Of a stretch of DNA of 64,000 nt, positions 1 through 13,100 are shown piece after piece. The stretch is from Daphnia carinata (lineage: Eukaryota). The position numbers and the translations under genes were made by a program. Under the pieces are notes generated by a model. That model was not told the origin of the DNA, did not search any database, and saw only the letters and a program-made list of their open reading frames with translations. How positions within the stretch are numbered: the stretch's first letter is position 1; each line of letters starts with the position of its first letter. The stretch spans positions 10,354,001 through 10,418,000 of the forward strand of contig NC_081331.1 in NCBI RefSeq assembly GCF_022539665.2. The letters are read 5' to 3'.

Positions 1-234
1 CTCTCTCCTTTTTTTCTTTTTTATTCCTATATCGCACCCGAGTTTTTATTTATTGTTATAGTTCAATATATTGTTGGTGTTGGTGTGGTCGTCCAACTGA
101 AAAGCCAAACATAACAAAAATATTATTTTTTTTTTTTTTAAATTGGAAACAATTGAAAATGTTTGCCGATGCCGATTGACCCGTGACGTCCGATTTGTTC
201 GCTCCATTGAATCCATTGTTTACTCTTGATTTGT

Positions 235-236
<2 letters not shown>

Positions 237-275
<39 letters not shown>
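237..275. repeat. (GT)n microsatellite
   Basis: Uninterrupted GT dinucleotide run. Confidence 0.95.
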
Positions 276-278
<3 letters not shown>

Positions 279-1279
279 ATCGCATCGGTGAATGGTGATG
301 GGATTATCCACGCTACAATTAGCTGGCCCCCGAAATGTTCTTGTTTGATTAGAAAAGGGAGTTGCAGACGAAAGAGAAAAAAAATGCCTGCGGAATTTTG
401 AATTACCTTCGAATTGGGCGCCAAAGTTGAAAACAAAAAAAAAAAATTGGGAGGAAAGAAATTGTGTTATTTAGAAAAAATTTTTTGCTGTTGTATGGGG
501 GATAGGGCGTTCGCAATGCGTTTTTAGCGTGACGTCCGGACATAATCATCGTTGGTGAAAAGAACGCGTGGTCGGTTCGCATTATTGCGCCTACGTGTCG
601 TTATTGCGCGTTGCGTTTTTTTGTTTTTTTTTTTAAAGAAGACGTCATTATGAAGATCAATCCAAGCGAATTCATGATGATTATGGAAGCCTCTATTGAC
701 TTGCCTTTTTTGGAACACATTCGGCTCATCCAGCTCATGCGCTCTGTACGTCATCCCTCCACTGATCTGTGTCTAGATCAGCCGGCAGGACAGGCTCTCT
801 ATCTGATGGCGCAATCCGTGGGCCGCGCAGCCGAGCATTTGCACGACGTTGGCCGTCGAAGGTCCAAGTTCAACGCTAGTGGCTTACCTCTACCGCCTCG
901 GGTATTTCAGGTTGCCCAGCAGCACCTATCTCAATCCTCCCACATCACTCCCTTTTCGTTGCCCTCCCATCAAGTTAGGCAATTCCCAACCGCCAAAGTC
1001 CAATGATAACACAATGTATACAGCATGTGGTGCTCCGTTTTTTTCTGCCTTTGGTCCTCTGTTCAATACTTTTATTGACTAGAAAGCAACTTGTGGTAGA
1101 ATAGTATACCAGTAGTGAACGTGGGTCGTGAGCGAACGTTATTGAAAAACGCAAACCGTGTAGTGCGTCATTAAACATTTTTTGCTGTTGTTGTTTGTTT
1201 CAATTGCTGTAGCCCATTTCCCACTGAGATCGTTGGCGTCATGAACATTGATAGTAAAAGTGATGTTTTTCTATTGCAG

Positions 1280-3880
1280 AATGGCAGCGAACCGTTGATG
1301 AGTCGTCCATCATCCGGCGGTAGACAGGTATGTTTCGAATAAGGCTGTGTCACCTTCTAATCTCCCTTCTAATCTTTCGCACGTTGCTAGCCGCAACAAT
1401 ATAAAATGATGAAACAAAGAACAACAACAACAACAACAAAAGGAGAGTAAGCTTTTCCTTGACCTCATTGAACATTTTTTGTGTTTCTTTTCTGTATGAT
1501 CGCATGGAACACACGAATAGGCTACCATCTCGCCATCTCGTCGGATGGACTCTTTGTCGGGCTGTACAGATAGAGGGCCGTCATCTTCATCATCCGCCAT
1601 GGATTTGAGTTTCGTCACGGAACGAATCCTTGCGCTGAGCTTCCCGCCCGAGATGGACACGACCACGTACCGAGAAGCTCTCCACCAGGCGGCCAGCATG
1701 TTGCAAACAAAACACGGCGACAATTACATGGTATCTATTTTTCAACTGGACAAAAAAAAAAAAAAAATTGCCCTTGAAACATTCCATAACAATAGCAAAT
1801 AAATGAACTGCTTTGAAAGGCAGACGATGACGTCATTGATGACGAATGAACAAGATCCCGTCGTCATCGTTCACTGTTTTTTCTTGGGGCTCGTGCGAGA
1901 ATGAATTAAAAAAACAAAGTCATATTTGATGCAGGTGTTCAACCTGTCGCTGCCCAGGAAGGAGATCGGACTGTGGAATCCTCGTGTGCTGGACGTCGGT
2001 TGGCCGGACCAATTGGCTCCGCCGCTAGAAAGGCTCTGCTCCGTCTGTCGGGCCCTCGACTCTTGGCTCCAGGCCGACCCTCAACACGTCGCCGTTCTCC
2101 ATTCCAAGTATGTAACACGATCTGTCGCCCTATTAACATTTCTTTTGTTTTCCTCGAGTCCAAGAAGAATTTGAATATTTCCTTGAAATGTTGGATATGT
2201 TCCTTTTGCCTATTTTGATTTGAAGTGGTCATTTCTTATCGCCGTTGCCTATTGTGAGTCTTTTTGGCTCGGCGCGGCAAGAAACTGGAACATATTCTTT
2301 TACAACAATCATAAACCAAGTCTAGAGTTTATTATTCCTACATACATAATCTTTAAGTCTGTTATATGCTTGCTCATATAGCATCCAAAATAGGGCTGAC
2401 TAAAAAGAGAAGAAGAAAACAAACAAAAGAACCTCCCCGTCCCCACAGTTTGAATATTTTCGTTGGGTCCATACGTTGAAGTCGATTCGTTCATCATTCG
2501 TTCGTGAGTCCAGCAGTTCTGCCTCGTGCACGGACACATTTTGGCCGATCGCCACATAGTAGTGCATTCATATTACAAATAGCCTCTCACGGAATTGTTC
2601 TCCTCTTCTTCAGTTTTTCTTCTCCATTTTCTTTTCTTTCCCGTAATAGTAGCCGAACGATAAATCGTTCAACTTGGCGCGCGGTGCTGTGTAGTTCGGT
2701 CGTTACAAATGCCTTTGAGAAAGTCATGAATTCATCAGTTGATTTTCCTTTTTTTTTTTTTTTTTTTTTTACCAATCCACCCCTAAGGTTTAAAACAAAA
2801 AAAAAAAAAAAAAACATTCAATCGGTTCGAGATTTATTTCCTTTTAAATAGGATAACCCTCCCTTTCTCTCTTTAAGTGCAGCCATCTCTTGTTGTTTTT
2901 TTCAGACTTGGAAATGAGGACTGCCTTTTTGTTAATGAGTGACTATATACATCGTGCCTCAATTAATGGGTTTCGAATGTTTCGTGAGAGGGGCCCCGTG
3001 TGTGTGCGAGAGTTTGAATTGGTTACGACTTAACGTAATATATTTCCCACATTGGGCGATGTAACTAGAAAACAATAACATATTTTACACGTAGAAGGGA
3101 TCTAAGGTTTAATGGGTTACAAAAAAAAAAAACACAAAAAAAAAATGTCGGTAGCGTGTTGTGCAGCTGGCCGTCCCTGGTGGGAGTAGTTTTTTTTTTT
3201 TTTGTTTTCACGCTTCTTCCTTTCTATTGATTCTTCAGCGCAAGTGGATGCGCAAAAGTGGCGTCAATTGTCGATGTATTCTTTTTTCAAAACCGATGTA
3301 ACATGGATGATTTATTATAGGTGCGGTTTGCAGCGAGTAGGCGTGGTGGTAGCGGCCTACTGCGAGTACACCGGACTCTGCCCGCCCAATCAACAGGACC
3401 AGCAATCGTTGGACCGCTTCTCCATGAAGCGGTTCCTGAACGAGCGCGTCGGAGGCCTGCGCACCCCGTCCGACAAAAGGTTCGCTGCTCTATAGTTTTA
3501 TTTTTTTTTTTTTTTTACTAACACACCCATGATGGCTGCTGTAACACGAAAATGTGGGGGGGGGGGGGACAAAAAAAAAAAATACAATCCGTGAAATCAT
3601 TGCCCCCCACGGCAACCTTTCCTATTTATGCTTGATGCAAATTTGCATGTTTTTAGATTGCTTGCCTCGCTTATTTTTTCATAAATTTTATTTTGAACCG
3701 TTTTTCTTTCGCGGCGATTGCCAATTTTTCCCGTTGCAAAGGTATGTGGAATACTTTGCCGGACTGCTGTCGGGTGCCATTCAGGTCAATTCGAGTCCAC
3801 TCTTCCTGGATCACGTCACCGTCGTCGGCATTCCGGCCTTCCAGTCCAACGGCGGCTGCCGCGCCTTTTTCAAAGTACGC

Positions 3881-3920
<40 letters not shown>

Positions 3921-4842
3921 CGCAACGATCCATTTCCATATAGAAGTAACTTTACGACTGTTGTCGACATTTATCATTGGCTTAAAAAAAAAAACAGGTG
4001 TACCAGGGGAGCGTTCCGGTGCACACGTCGTCCATCTACAACCTGCACGACAGCGCCCGCCACTTTACAATGTCGCTGGGAGAGCGCGGACTGGCCCTGC
4101 GAGGCGACATCCTGGTCAAGTGCTACCACCGTCACCGGCAGCCGGTAGATGGCCGCGAAACCATCTTCAGCCTCCAGTTCCACACCTGTGCCGTCACGCA
4201 GCACACGCTAGTCTTCCAGCGTCAAGATCTGGACGATGCCTGTCAAGGTGCATTTCAATATCAATTCATTCTTCTTCTTTTTTCCTGCACATATCTTTCC
4301 TTATGTTGACCGTTGTTTGCATCCCTTCTGCCGTCTGATCGTTATCGTGGCTGATCGTCAACATAGCTGACAGCAAACACGAGTAAGATAAATGAAAGGA
4401 GATGAACATAGAAATACCTCAGGAAGGGGAATCAAAGCAAAAGCATGGCAAAGAAAAAGGGGGTTCGAGATGTTTGGTTCCTTTCGATGATCGATGAGTC
4501 CGAAAGGACTATGATTGTCGAACATACTTTTCTCCTTTAGTCCAATCATCTCGTTTGTTTCCACGCGTTTCTTCATCTGCCCTGATGCGTTTACATAAAT
4601 TAAATTCTTTGGTTTATCACGTCCGCCGGCTGATTATGTTATCAGTATAATTGTAGGGTTAAATCCTGTCGCTGTTGGGATTTCTTTATTCATTTTTCTT
4701 GTTTCCTTGTTATGGAACCCCCCTGGCCCATCTTCGAATCCAGAACCGTAGCATCACATTATTCGTTTTGTTTTCTTTATTTTTTAAAATTTTCAGTCAG
4801 CATAGTCTATCTGTCCAGGTAACTCTTGAAAAGCTGCTCCCT

Positions 4843-4876
<34 letters not shown>

Positions 4877-5177
4877 AACACAAAATTATCGGGACTTTTA
4901 AATCTTATCGCTTTCCATCTGGAACGTCGGAGAAAACTGTTACCCTCGCAAACCGACTTTCATTGGTGAAACTACGCGTATCGATGAAACGGATGCCAAT
5001 TGATTTCGGTGACATTTGTTTTTCAAGAAATTCTGTAGTCACGGAAAATGAATTTTGGAATTGGGGAAAGTCTGTCCCGCTGTTCGTTTGTTTCCCGTTT
5101 CCGAGATGGTCATTGATCCGCGATGATGTGCCGTTTATCGTTTAGTGTTGGACAGCAGTTGCAAGCGGCTATTTTAT

Positions 5178-5217
<40 letters not shown>

Positions 5218-8200
5218 GGCTGTTATTTCTGAAACTTTTTATGGGCGTTGTAACGAGCCCATAGAGGGGAGGAGAAGTATGGGTGTAATTACAGCGTCTC
5301 CATTTTCACGGCGGGACGGTCGTTCGCACGCTCACGAAATCTCTTCGGACGCCACAGCAGTCCGCTAGACTCTCTCTCGTCGGCCTAGCAATTATCTAAC
5401 GGGTTCTTTGTCGTTTTCTTTGGCCTTTCCCCGACGGCTTTACAAAAAGTAAATACAGTCCCACTGCACCTGCTGCTGGCTGGTCTCCACCTGTTTATGA
5501 CATATACAGTCTCTGTTTTTATTTCTTTACATTTTATTTTATTTATTTTTTTCAGAGCTCGTTCCATCGAATAATGCAACACTATTAAATTTCATGTTGA
5601 TATTTTTTTTTTTTTTTAAACATTAGATTTGCGTTTCCCTCTGGACGGCTCCGTGCGGCTCCACTTCTCTACAAGCCCCGAGTCCCGCCTGATGGGCGTC
5701 AATGAAACGCACACCCGCTACACGGTCGAGTCGTCGACAGGTATGGAAAACAAACATTTTATATCATTTCTTCACCTTCGTGTCCATTATTTATTTTTAT
5801 TTTTCTAAATGTTGTTCTTTTGTTGTTTTTTTCGAACGATTAAAAATGTCAACAAATGGATCTACAGGCGATCCGGTCGTTCGTTGGGATAGTTACGACA
5901 CTGTGACTGATTCTGCTAGCTGTCCTGATGACCATCATCGTGACGCTTCTTCACCTGCTGGATTGACACAAAGTGAGTGAAAAAACGCCCTTTTTATTTT
6001 ATTTTTTTTTTTTTTTTCTATGGGGAAAAAGTGCTTGTGAGTTTGGGGAAATTTCAAAAAAGGGAATCAACTGTCGCCCAGTGCGAAGAACAAAAGACTC
6101 GTTTCTCTGCTGATTCATTTGCATACAGAAGAATCAGAGCAAATACGAAGATGTTGATGGATATCGGAGAGGCAGACGCGTTCCAGGTGTTTGGCATTGA
6201 TTTGTTGCTGACGAAGTAGACCTCTCGGGGGGACGCCCATTTTTTTACCCATTTGGGCTTTCTTTGAGTTCATCATCATCATTTGTTTCATTTGATTTCT
6301 TTTTTTCCTCATCCCTCTCTCTCTCTCTACCCGTCCAGCCATTTGGTGGTTACTGGTTGCGTTCCAAACTGAACTGGACAGTCGACTGCACTCGAACAGA
6401 AAAAAAAGAACAAAGTGAATAAGGGCAGAACAAGAAAAGCTTTTAAAGAAAAAAAAAAAAAGGACGCCCTTTTAAAGAGGCAGATTTACGATGTCGCTCT
6501 TACGTACTTCTTCAGACTTAAAAATTCAACGTTTTTCCTGGAACGAATGGTAGATGATTCTTCACTTTTTTTTTTTCTCCTTGAGTTACGAGTCTGCCCT
6601 GGAGATAACAAGATGGGCAATTCTATTCGTTTTTTATAGTAATAAGAAAAAAGACGATTAGCATTCCGTCCGTGGTTATGGCGCGCGCGCGCGCGCTGGC
6701 CGAGGCAAGCGGGTAAATGAGTGGGGCCCACCAACTGTAGGGACACTGTTGATTGGATGCTCGGGCAAGCGGGCCGTGGAGGTGGTATATAGTTGACCAT
6801 CAAACTCACAGAGGAGGGAAAGCAAAGGTCATTTTTGTCTTTCTAGTGAAATTCAAAACCCCTGTGTGTAACTCCTGTGTATACATGCGTGTGTGTGTGT
6901 GTTTGTTTGTGCGTGTGATAGCAAGCCATGCGTTGGCCATAGAAGGCCATGTCCAATTTCGGATAGTTCTCTTCTTTATTCCGGTTCTTTTTTCTCATAT
7001 CCTTTTTCTCTCTCGTAATGTTCTCTCTTCATCTTTTCCTATACATGCTCAAAATGCTTCACGGTCTGACTGGGCTGCTGGACCCAAATAAGGATTTCCC
7101 AACAAAGTTCGTCGCACTCGCCTCTTTCTACTAGAAAGAGCGTTTTCCTCTTCTCGTGAACGAGAATATAATCATAACAACCCAAAACCTAAACGCACAC
7201 ACAGAGAAAAAAGAGAAAATCTCAAATTATTAAATGCTGAAAAACAAGGGAGGAAAACAAACAAAAAAAAATTCTCTTTACGTGTTCCAGAAAAAAAAAA
7301 CCACTTTTTCAAAAATCAAAAAGGAGTCTTAAGAAATCAAGGAGCCCACCTGGAGAGAATTTTTTTTTTTTTTTTTTTTTTTTTTTCATTTTTATTATAT
7401 TTTCACTGTGTCATCCTTTTCAAATCGGTTTACGTTCGGACATGTCGTTATACAGGCTGGACAAGAAGAAGAGGGAAACAAATGTATTGGCATTTAATAT
7501 TAAATACCTACAACCGGTTTTTTTGGGAAGCAACAGCACGCAGAGAAGAGACGTGTTGCAGCAAACGGGGTGGGCAAAGAGGGGGACCCTTTTTGGTTGT
7601 GGTGGCGTAATAAACCGACCACCCACCTTCTTCTTCGAGAAAAGTAAACCCCCGTCCATAAAAGAAGAAGAAGAATCGAACAAAAGTCACGATAGCTATC
7701 GATGAATACTTCGTCTTCTACCTCGTTCCAACTGATGTTTGCTTTTTTAAATCAGTAAAAAAAAAATACTTAAAAAAAAAAAAAAAAACATTTTTAAAGT
7801 ACGGACTATATCTTTTGAAAAAAAAAAAGACATTTATCACTCAAATGTTTTGCTGTGCTTACAAAATGAAAAGTCAAAGAGGAAGACGACTAGACTGCAT
7901 ACACATAGCGACTGCTATTTTTTTTTTTTTTTTTTTTTCGATTGTTATTTTTGAAAAATGTGTGTCAATGTGTCGAGAACATTCGTTTTGAGGTAAACGG
8001 GAAATGTTGTTAAACAGCTCGGCAATAGATGGCTGTGATATCCATCACGAAATCTTTGAACGCTGTTGCAATGCAAGAGCATTTCCTATCGGGAGTGATG
8101 GCTCGTTCGGCCACCAGATGGAAACAAACGTCCGAAAGGTGAGTGTGTTTAGCTGTGATAGCGATCGCAAACACACACACACACGTAACACATATACACA

Positions 8201-10167
8201 CGGTTCGACCAGGGTGGGCTATTTCCGTCTTAAGAAGGGGCCAGCGAGCGCCCGCCCTCATTTCTCCAGCTGTTTCTCCTCTTTTTCTCTCCACCTTATT
8301 CGCCCGCTCTGTGTGTCTCTCTTATTATTATTTTTTTTTGTACCTGAAAGAGAGAACCCTTTTCTGAAAGGTTGAATTTCAAGTTTTTCTTTTTTTTTCT
8401 TTTTGCCCTCCACTCTCCTTCGGCCGTCGTCCGTCCTTCTCCTCTATCTCCTCCTCCAGCGTCCTTACGAGAATATTGAAAAGGAAAATTCAAAATAAAA
8501 AGTCGTGAAGAAAAAAACTCATCCTCCGCTTGTAGCAGTGCTCCACCAGCTGCCCGCCGGTGCGGTTCTATCTTCTTTGAGCTCTCGTATTATTATTATT
8601 TTTTTTTTTCCCGTTCACGCTTTTCCATGAGTTCCACTTGATACTCTCTGCTTACTTTACTGTACATGAACACTGTTGAATCTGAAATTTTTCGCCAACC
8701 GAACTGGGTCATCATACTCGTGCTATCCCGTGTGACGCTCTTTTATCGCAATTGAGTACGAAATTAACAACAAAAGTGTCCTTTAAAATTTTGTTGTTTT
8801 TCAATTGTTCTTTTCCGGTGGAATCGCTCCATCCGCGTAGATCATCGTTTAGCGCACACGTACGGCCCGTTGGATGGCTCGCTTTACGCCAAAGTGTTGA
8901 AACAGAACAGCAGTCCGAAAACAACGGCCAACAGTCCTCCGCCTTTAGTGGTGACGGCGACGACGGCCAGCGGAGGAGGCGATCACAGGAGTGCCAGCCG
9001 ATTCAGCGATCCGTCATCTTCGTCTTTAACGTCGGGTGGTACGACGGCCGATTACCATCACTTGCATCATCATCTGAACCACCTGAATCATCCGGCCCAG
9101 TTCCTCAATAGTCCGCATGTGGCGTCGACCGATTCGGGCATCTCTTCGGCCGGCGTAGTGCGCAGCGGCGGAGGTAGCAGCACTCATAACCGAGAGCTGG
9201 GCGGCAGCGGTAGCACGTCCGCTTCGCCACCTCATTCCGGCCGATCGGCCGAATCTTCAGGAGCTGGGGGGGTCTTTTTAGATCCGCCGCCGCAGACTCC
9301 AAGTCCAGTGCAACAACAACAACAGTTGTCGCCCTTACCGCAGGCGTTGCAGAGGATGCCGAGCATCGTGGAAACGCGGGCGGAGATCCACCGCGACGGC
9401 CGTGACGTCACGATGGCATCAGCGGCTCCGCCTCCATCGCTGACGGCCACTGCCGAGTTGGACCAACTGTTGAGTGGCATGCTGATGAACGTTCAAAACA
9501 TCCCCGACATCCGACCCGAGCACAGGCATCATTACCATCAGCGAGCAGACGACATTGACGTCGACAGCATTCAGGTAATCACAGTTCAAAGATCGTTTCG
9601 CTCAAGTGCTTATGTCGTCACTGATTATGAGGTGGGTAGCAAAACTAGCCTGATCTGGAACAGGGCCGTTACGCAAATGTACACGGCTGCTCTCATTACC
9701 ATCGTTTTGTATCACATTTTTTTTTTGTAGGTCAATCCGGTCTCGTTCTAATCAAACAGACATTCTTTCGAAACAAAAATCCATTACATATTGCGTAGTA
9801 GTTAATGTCGAAATGATCCGTGTCTCAAGTATTTAATATCACCCTGTTTCACGTCCTTGGACTCTCCCTGTCTCAACTCCCTTTTAAAAAAAAAAAAAAG
9901 AAATTGCACTGGGATGATTCAACGGTTCACAATTCATTTTCGAAAGTCCGTGTCAGATGACAGGTTGAATAAAATTTGACATTGATTCGACCGAATGAAT
10001 GAAATAGCTCAACAAACTCAAAACAAAACAAAAGAATGAAGAGCGAACGTCGCGTGATGCCACACGGCGTGATCGCCTTTTCGGCCGTCGCCGCTTACAC
10101 GGCGACGGCGGCGTTTGGTTTGTTGTTGTGATGGACTGCCCCACGTCCTGGATCCTGCGCCAAGCGT

Positions 10168-10198
<31 letters not shown>

Positions 10199-13100
10199 GC
10201 CTTTTTCCGCCGCCATTGCCGCGTTTTAAATTTAGCTTCGGACCCCTTTTTCCAACGATCCTTTCTCACTGAAATCTCAACCCTCCCAAGCCTTTTTTTT
10301 TAAGAAAAACAAAGGAAAGGAGGAAGACGAAAGAAGCCAAACAAAAATTTAATAATATTTAAACAAAAAGGGGGAAAATACGAATTTAAAATTTTTTATT
10401 TTCAAGTCACGCTCTCGTTAATTCTAATCCTTTTGTGTTTAAGGACCACGTCGAATATGTTAGGCTCTCGATAATATGCATAATCTTTTTCTGTATTTTG
10501 CATAATTAATCTATTCATTTTTTTTTTTTAAACCAACGTAGGTGAAATTTGATCTGACGCCCAGTCGGGATACGACCGATCGTTCTGTGTCCTCGCCATC
10601 GCATCCAGCTGCCCGGAAATCCAATTCAGCATACGTTTACGAGAGCGATACTGTTCGGCGGGCTTATCCGACTCCGCAAAGCAACACGGAAGCGGTGAAA
10701 ATGCCTTGCGCTCCGGCTCCGCAAAATGCGACGTCTCCGCTGCAGCAGCAACAGCCATCGGTCAGACCCAAAGATATTCCGTACCACGCGCGTGAGGACA
10801 GCAAACCGTTCACGTACGGCATGGTGGGCATGGCCAACGGACAACATCATCAGGAGAACGGAGGCGCCGGAAGTGTTGGTAATGGGACGGAATCGACGAT
10901 GGTGACGAGCACGCCGGTGGCTAGCGCCTCCATCAATGGACGCAACTGGAAGGAGTCCAGCAGCAACACGATGAACGGCCAACAGGCGAGCAAACGCCTT
11001 GAAAGTCCTTCACTCGTTCGCAAGTTTTCTAACGGATCGGAGCCTGTCAACATCAGTCCTGTCCGCTCGTCCCCGAGGATCCCGGTTCCGTCCATCGCCG
11101 ATCCGGTCAGTCCGCGTCCCATCCGTAAACTGAGCGGAAGTGTGCTGCTTTCAAACGGAGGGGGAGCCGGCACTTCGTCGCCGACATCGTCCGAAATCAA
11201 CGCGACTTCCACCAGCAATTCGAATATCCTACCAGTGGCCACTTCCAGTCCTCGACTGGACACTTCTCGAAATCGATCCGCCTCGACCAGCGAAACGATG
11301 AGCAATAAGACGCCAACGCCGCAGTTGCAGCATCACATCTCCCTGGAGGAAACGATCCAAGATATCAGCACATCGCCAGACTCTTCTCGGTATGTGCAAA
11401 CATTTTATTGATTTTTTTTTTTTCTAAAAATGAAAGATTTCCGTCGTGCTGATTGAAGACGTGTTTGGGCCACCCAGTGAGTCGTCACGAAAAGTCGAGT
11501 CAGAAAGAGATTAGTCATTACGACGGAAATGGATCGACTTGCCAAAAAGTCTCCCCTCATTCATTCTTTGAAAAAGTTCAATTTAAGTTCCGTCTTTTGT
11601 GTTGCCTTTTTCGCGCGTGATGGAAATACGGAGCCCTCGATCCTTTGCCCCCGATCTGAAAATAGATCCGTCAGCTTCAAGCAAAAAAGAAAAAAAAAAA
11701 AAAATCGAAAAATATTTATATACGCCACACACTAAAAAACAAACACACAACTTTGTGTTTTGGAAAGTGGGGTAAAAAATTTTTTGGACTAGATGCAACG
11801 GGGCAACCGTTTTGAAAAAGAAAAAAGGAGGAAATATATTTTAGTCCATCAGCACCTATATAGCTATAACTTAGATGGCGAAACGGGCGAAAAAAGGGGG
11901 GGGAGGAGGATAGAAAGGGAGAAGACGGACGGAGGATGCTGCAAGGACAAGCGGAGGAGAATTCCGGTTGTTGTTTGTTGAAAGACTCTGCTAATTAATG
12001 TTTATCCAGTTGTGTGTGTGTGTGTGTGTCATCCGCCAGGGCCACTGTGTATAAACTACACCGTACAGTATGTGTATATACGCGCGGGCACGCACATCCG
12101 GCAATGGGCGTTCCGTTCCAGCTCGCTTGATTCTACAAAGCGCGTGTTTTTGTTGTTTAACTGAAGGATAGGACGTGTGTTTGATGTTTTATTCTTTTTC
12201 ATTCGAGGGCTCCCCCTTTTTTTTTTTTTGCTCGTGTTTTCGCTAGTATTTTGCTGTTCCAGGAGAGAGGAAGCGAGAAGAAATCATGCGGTTCTTTGCA
12301 TCGTCGCTCTATCGCTCGATAAAAATAGACCGTTCAAGTATGGGCTGCTGGGCTAACGCTGCCCAGCAAAGGCAGTTTCTAATCTTTTTCTCTCACTGCG
12401 TTGGGGCTTTCTCGTCTCTCACACTCTGCAAGTCTTTGAAGAAAAAAGCGAACGATAGTTTGGAACGAGTGAAGGGGTCCCCCTTTTTTTTTTTGGCAAG
12501 CCCAAATTTGGCAAACATCACACACCGTCTGAATCATCTGAAAACTCATTTTCTGCCTTCAGGAACATTTTATTTTTTAAAACTTGCCCGTCTCGTTGGA
12601 AGCAAAAAAAAAAAGGGATAGGCTTAAAAACACCCCGCGTCCTTGGGATAAATAACATTGAGGCCGTTAGGTTTCCCGTATTTTTGGCTTCGTTTCAGCC
12701 TTTAGTAGAAATTTATCTTTAATAGCTTCAACAGTAGACCGTACCGGAAAACATGGTGGCGTAATGCGGAGGCCTTAAATCTTGCCCGCTCTCTTACGCA
12801 ATCAAACAGGAACATCATCGTTCAATAGATTTGGCCAACGCAGTTCATCGTGAAAGAAAAAAAATTTGAATCGTTCCTATTTATTTAAACGGAATCATAG
12901 TCGAAGCAAATACAGGGCCAAATGGGACAGACGGACCTCAATAGAGCTATTACAGTTATCGAAGGTCCTTCTTGTAGTATAACTATCTTGTTGGATTTCA
13001 TTGAAGGAGAATTTTTTTTATTACTATTTTTATCAAGAAAAATAATGCGATCCCATAAGAGGAATTTGGCTGCAGGGCCCAAATAGCAAAAATAAAATAA

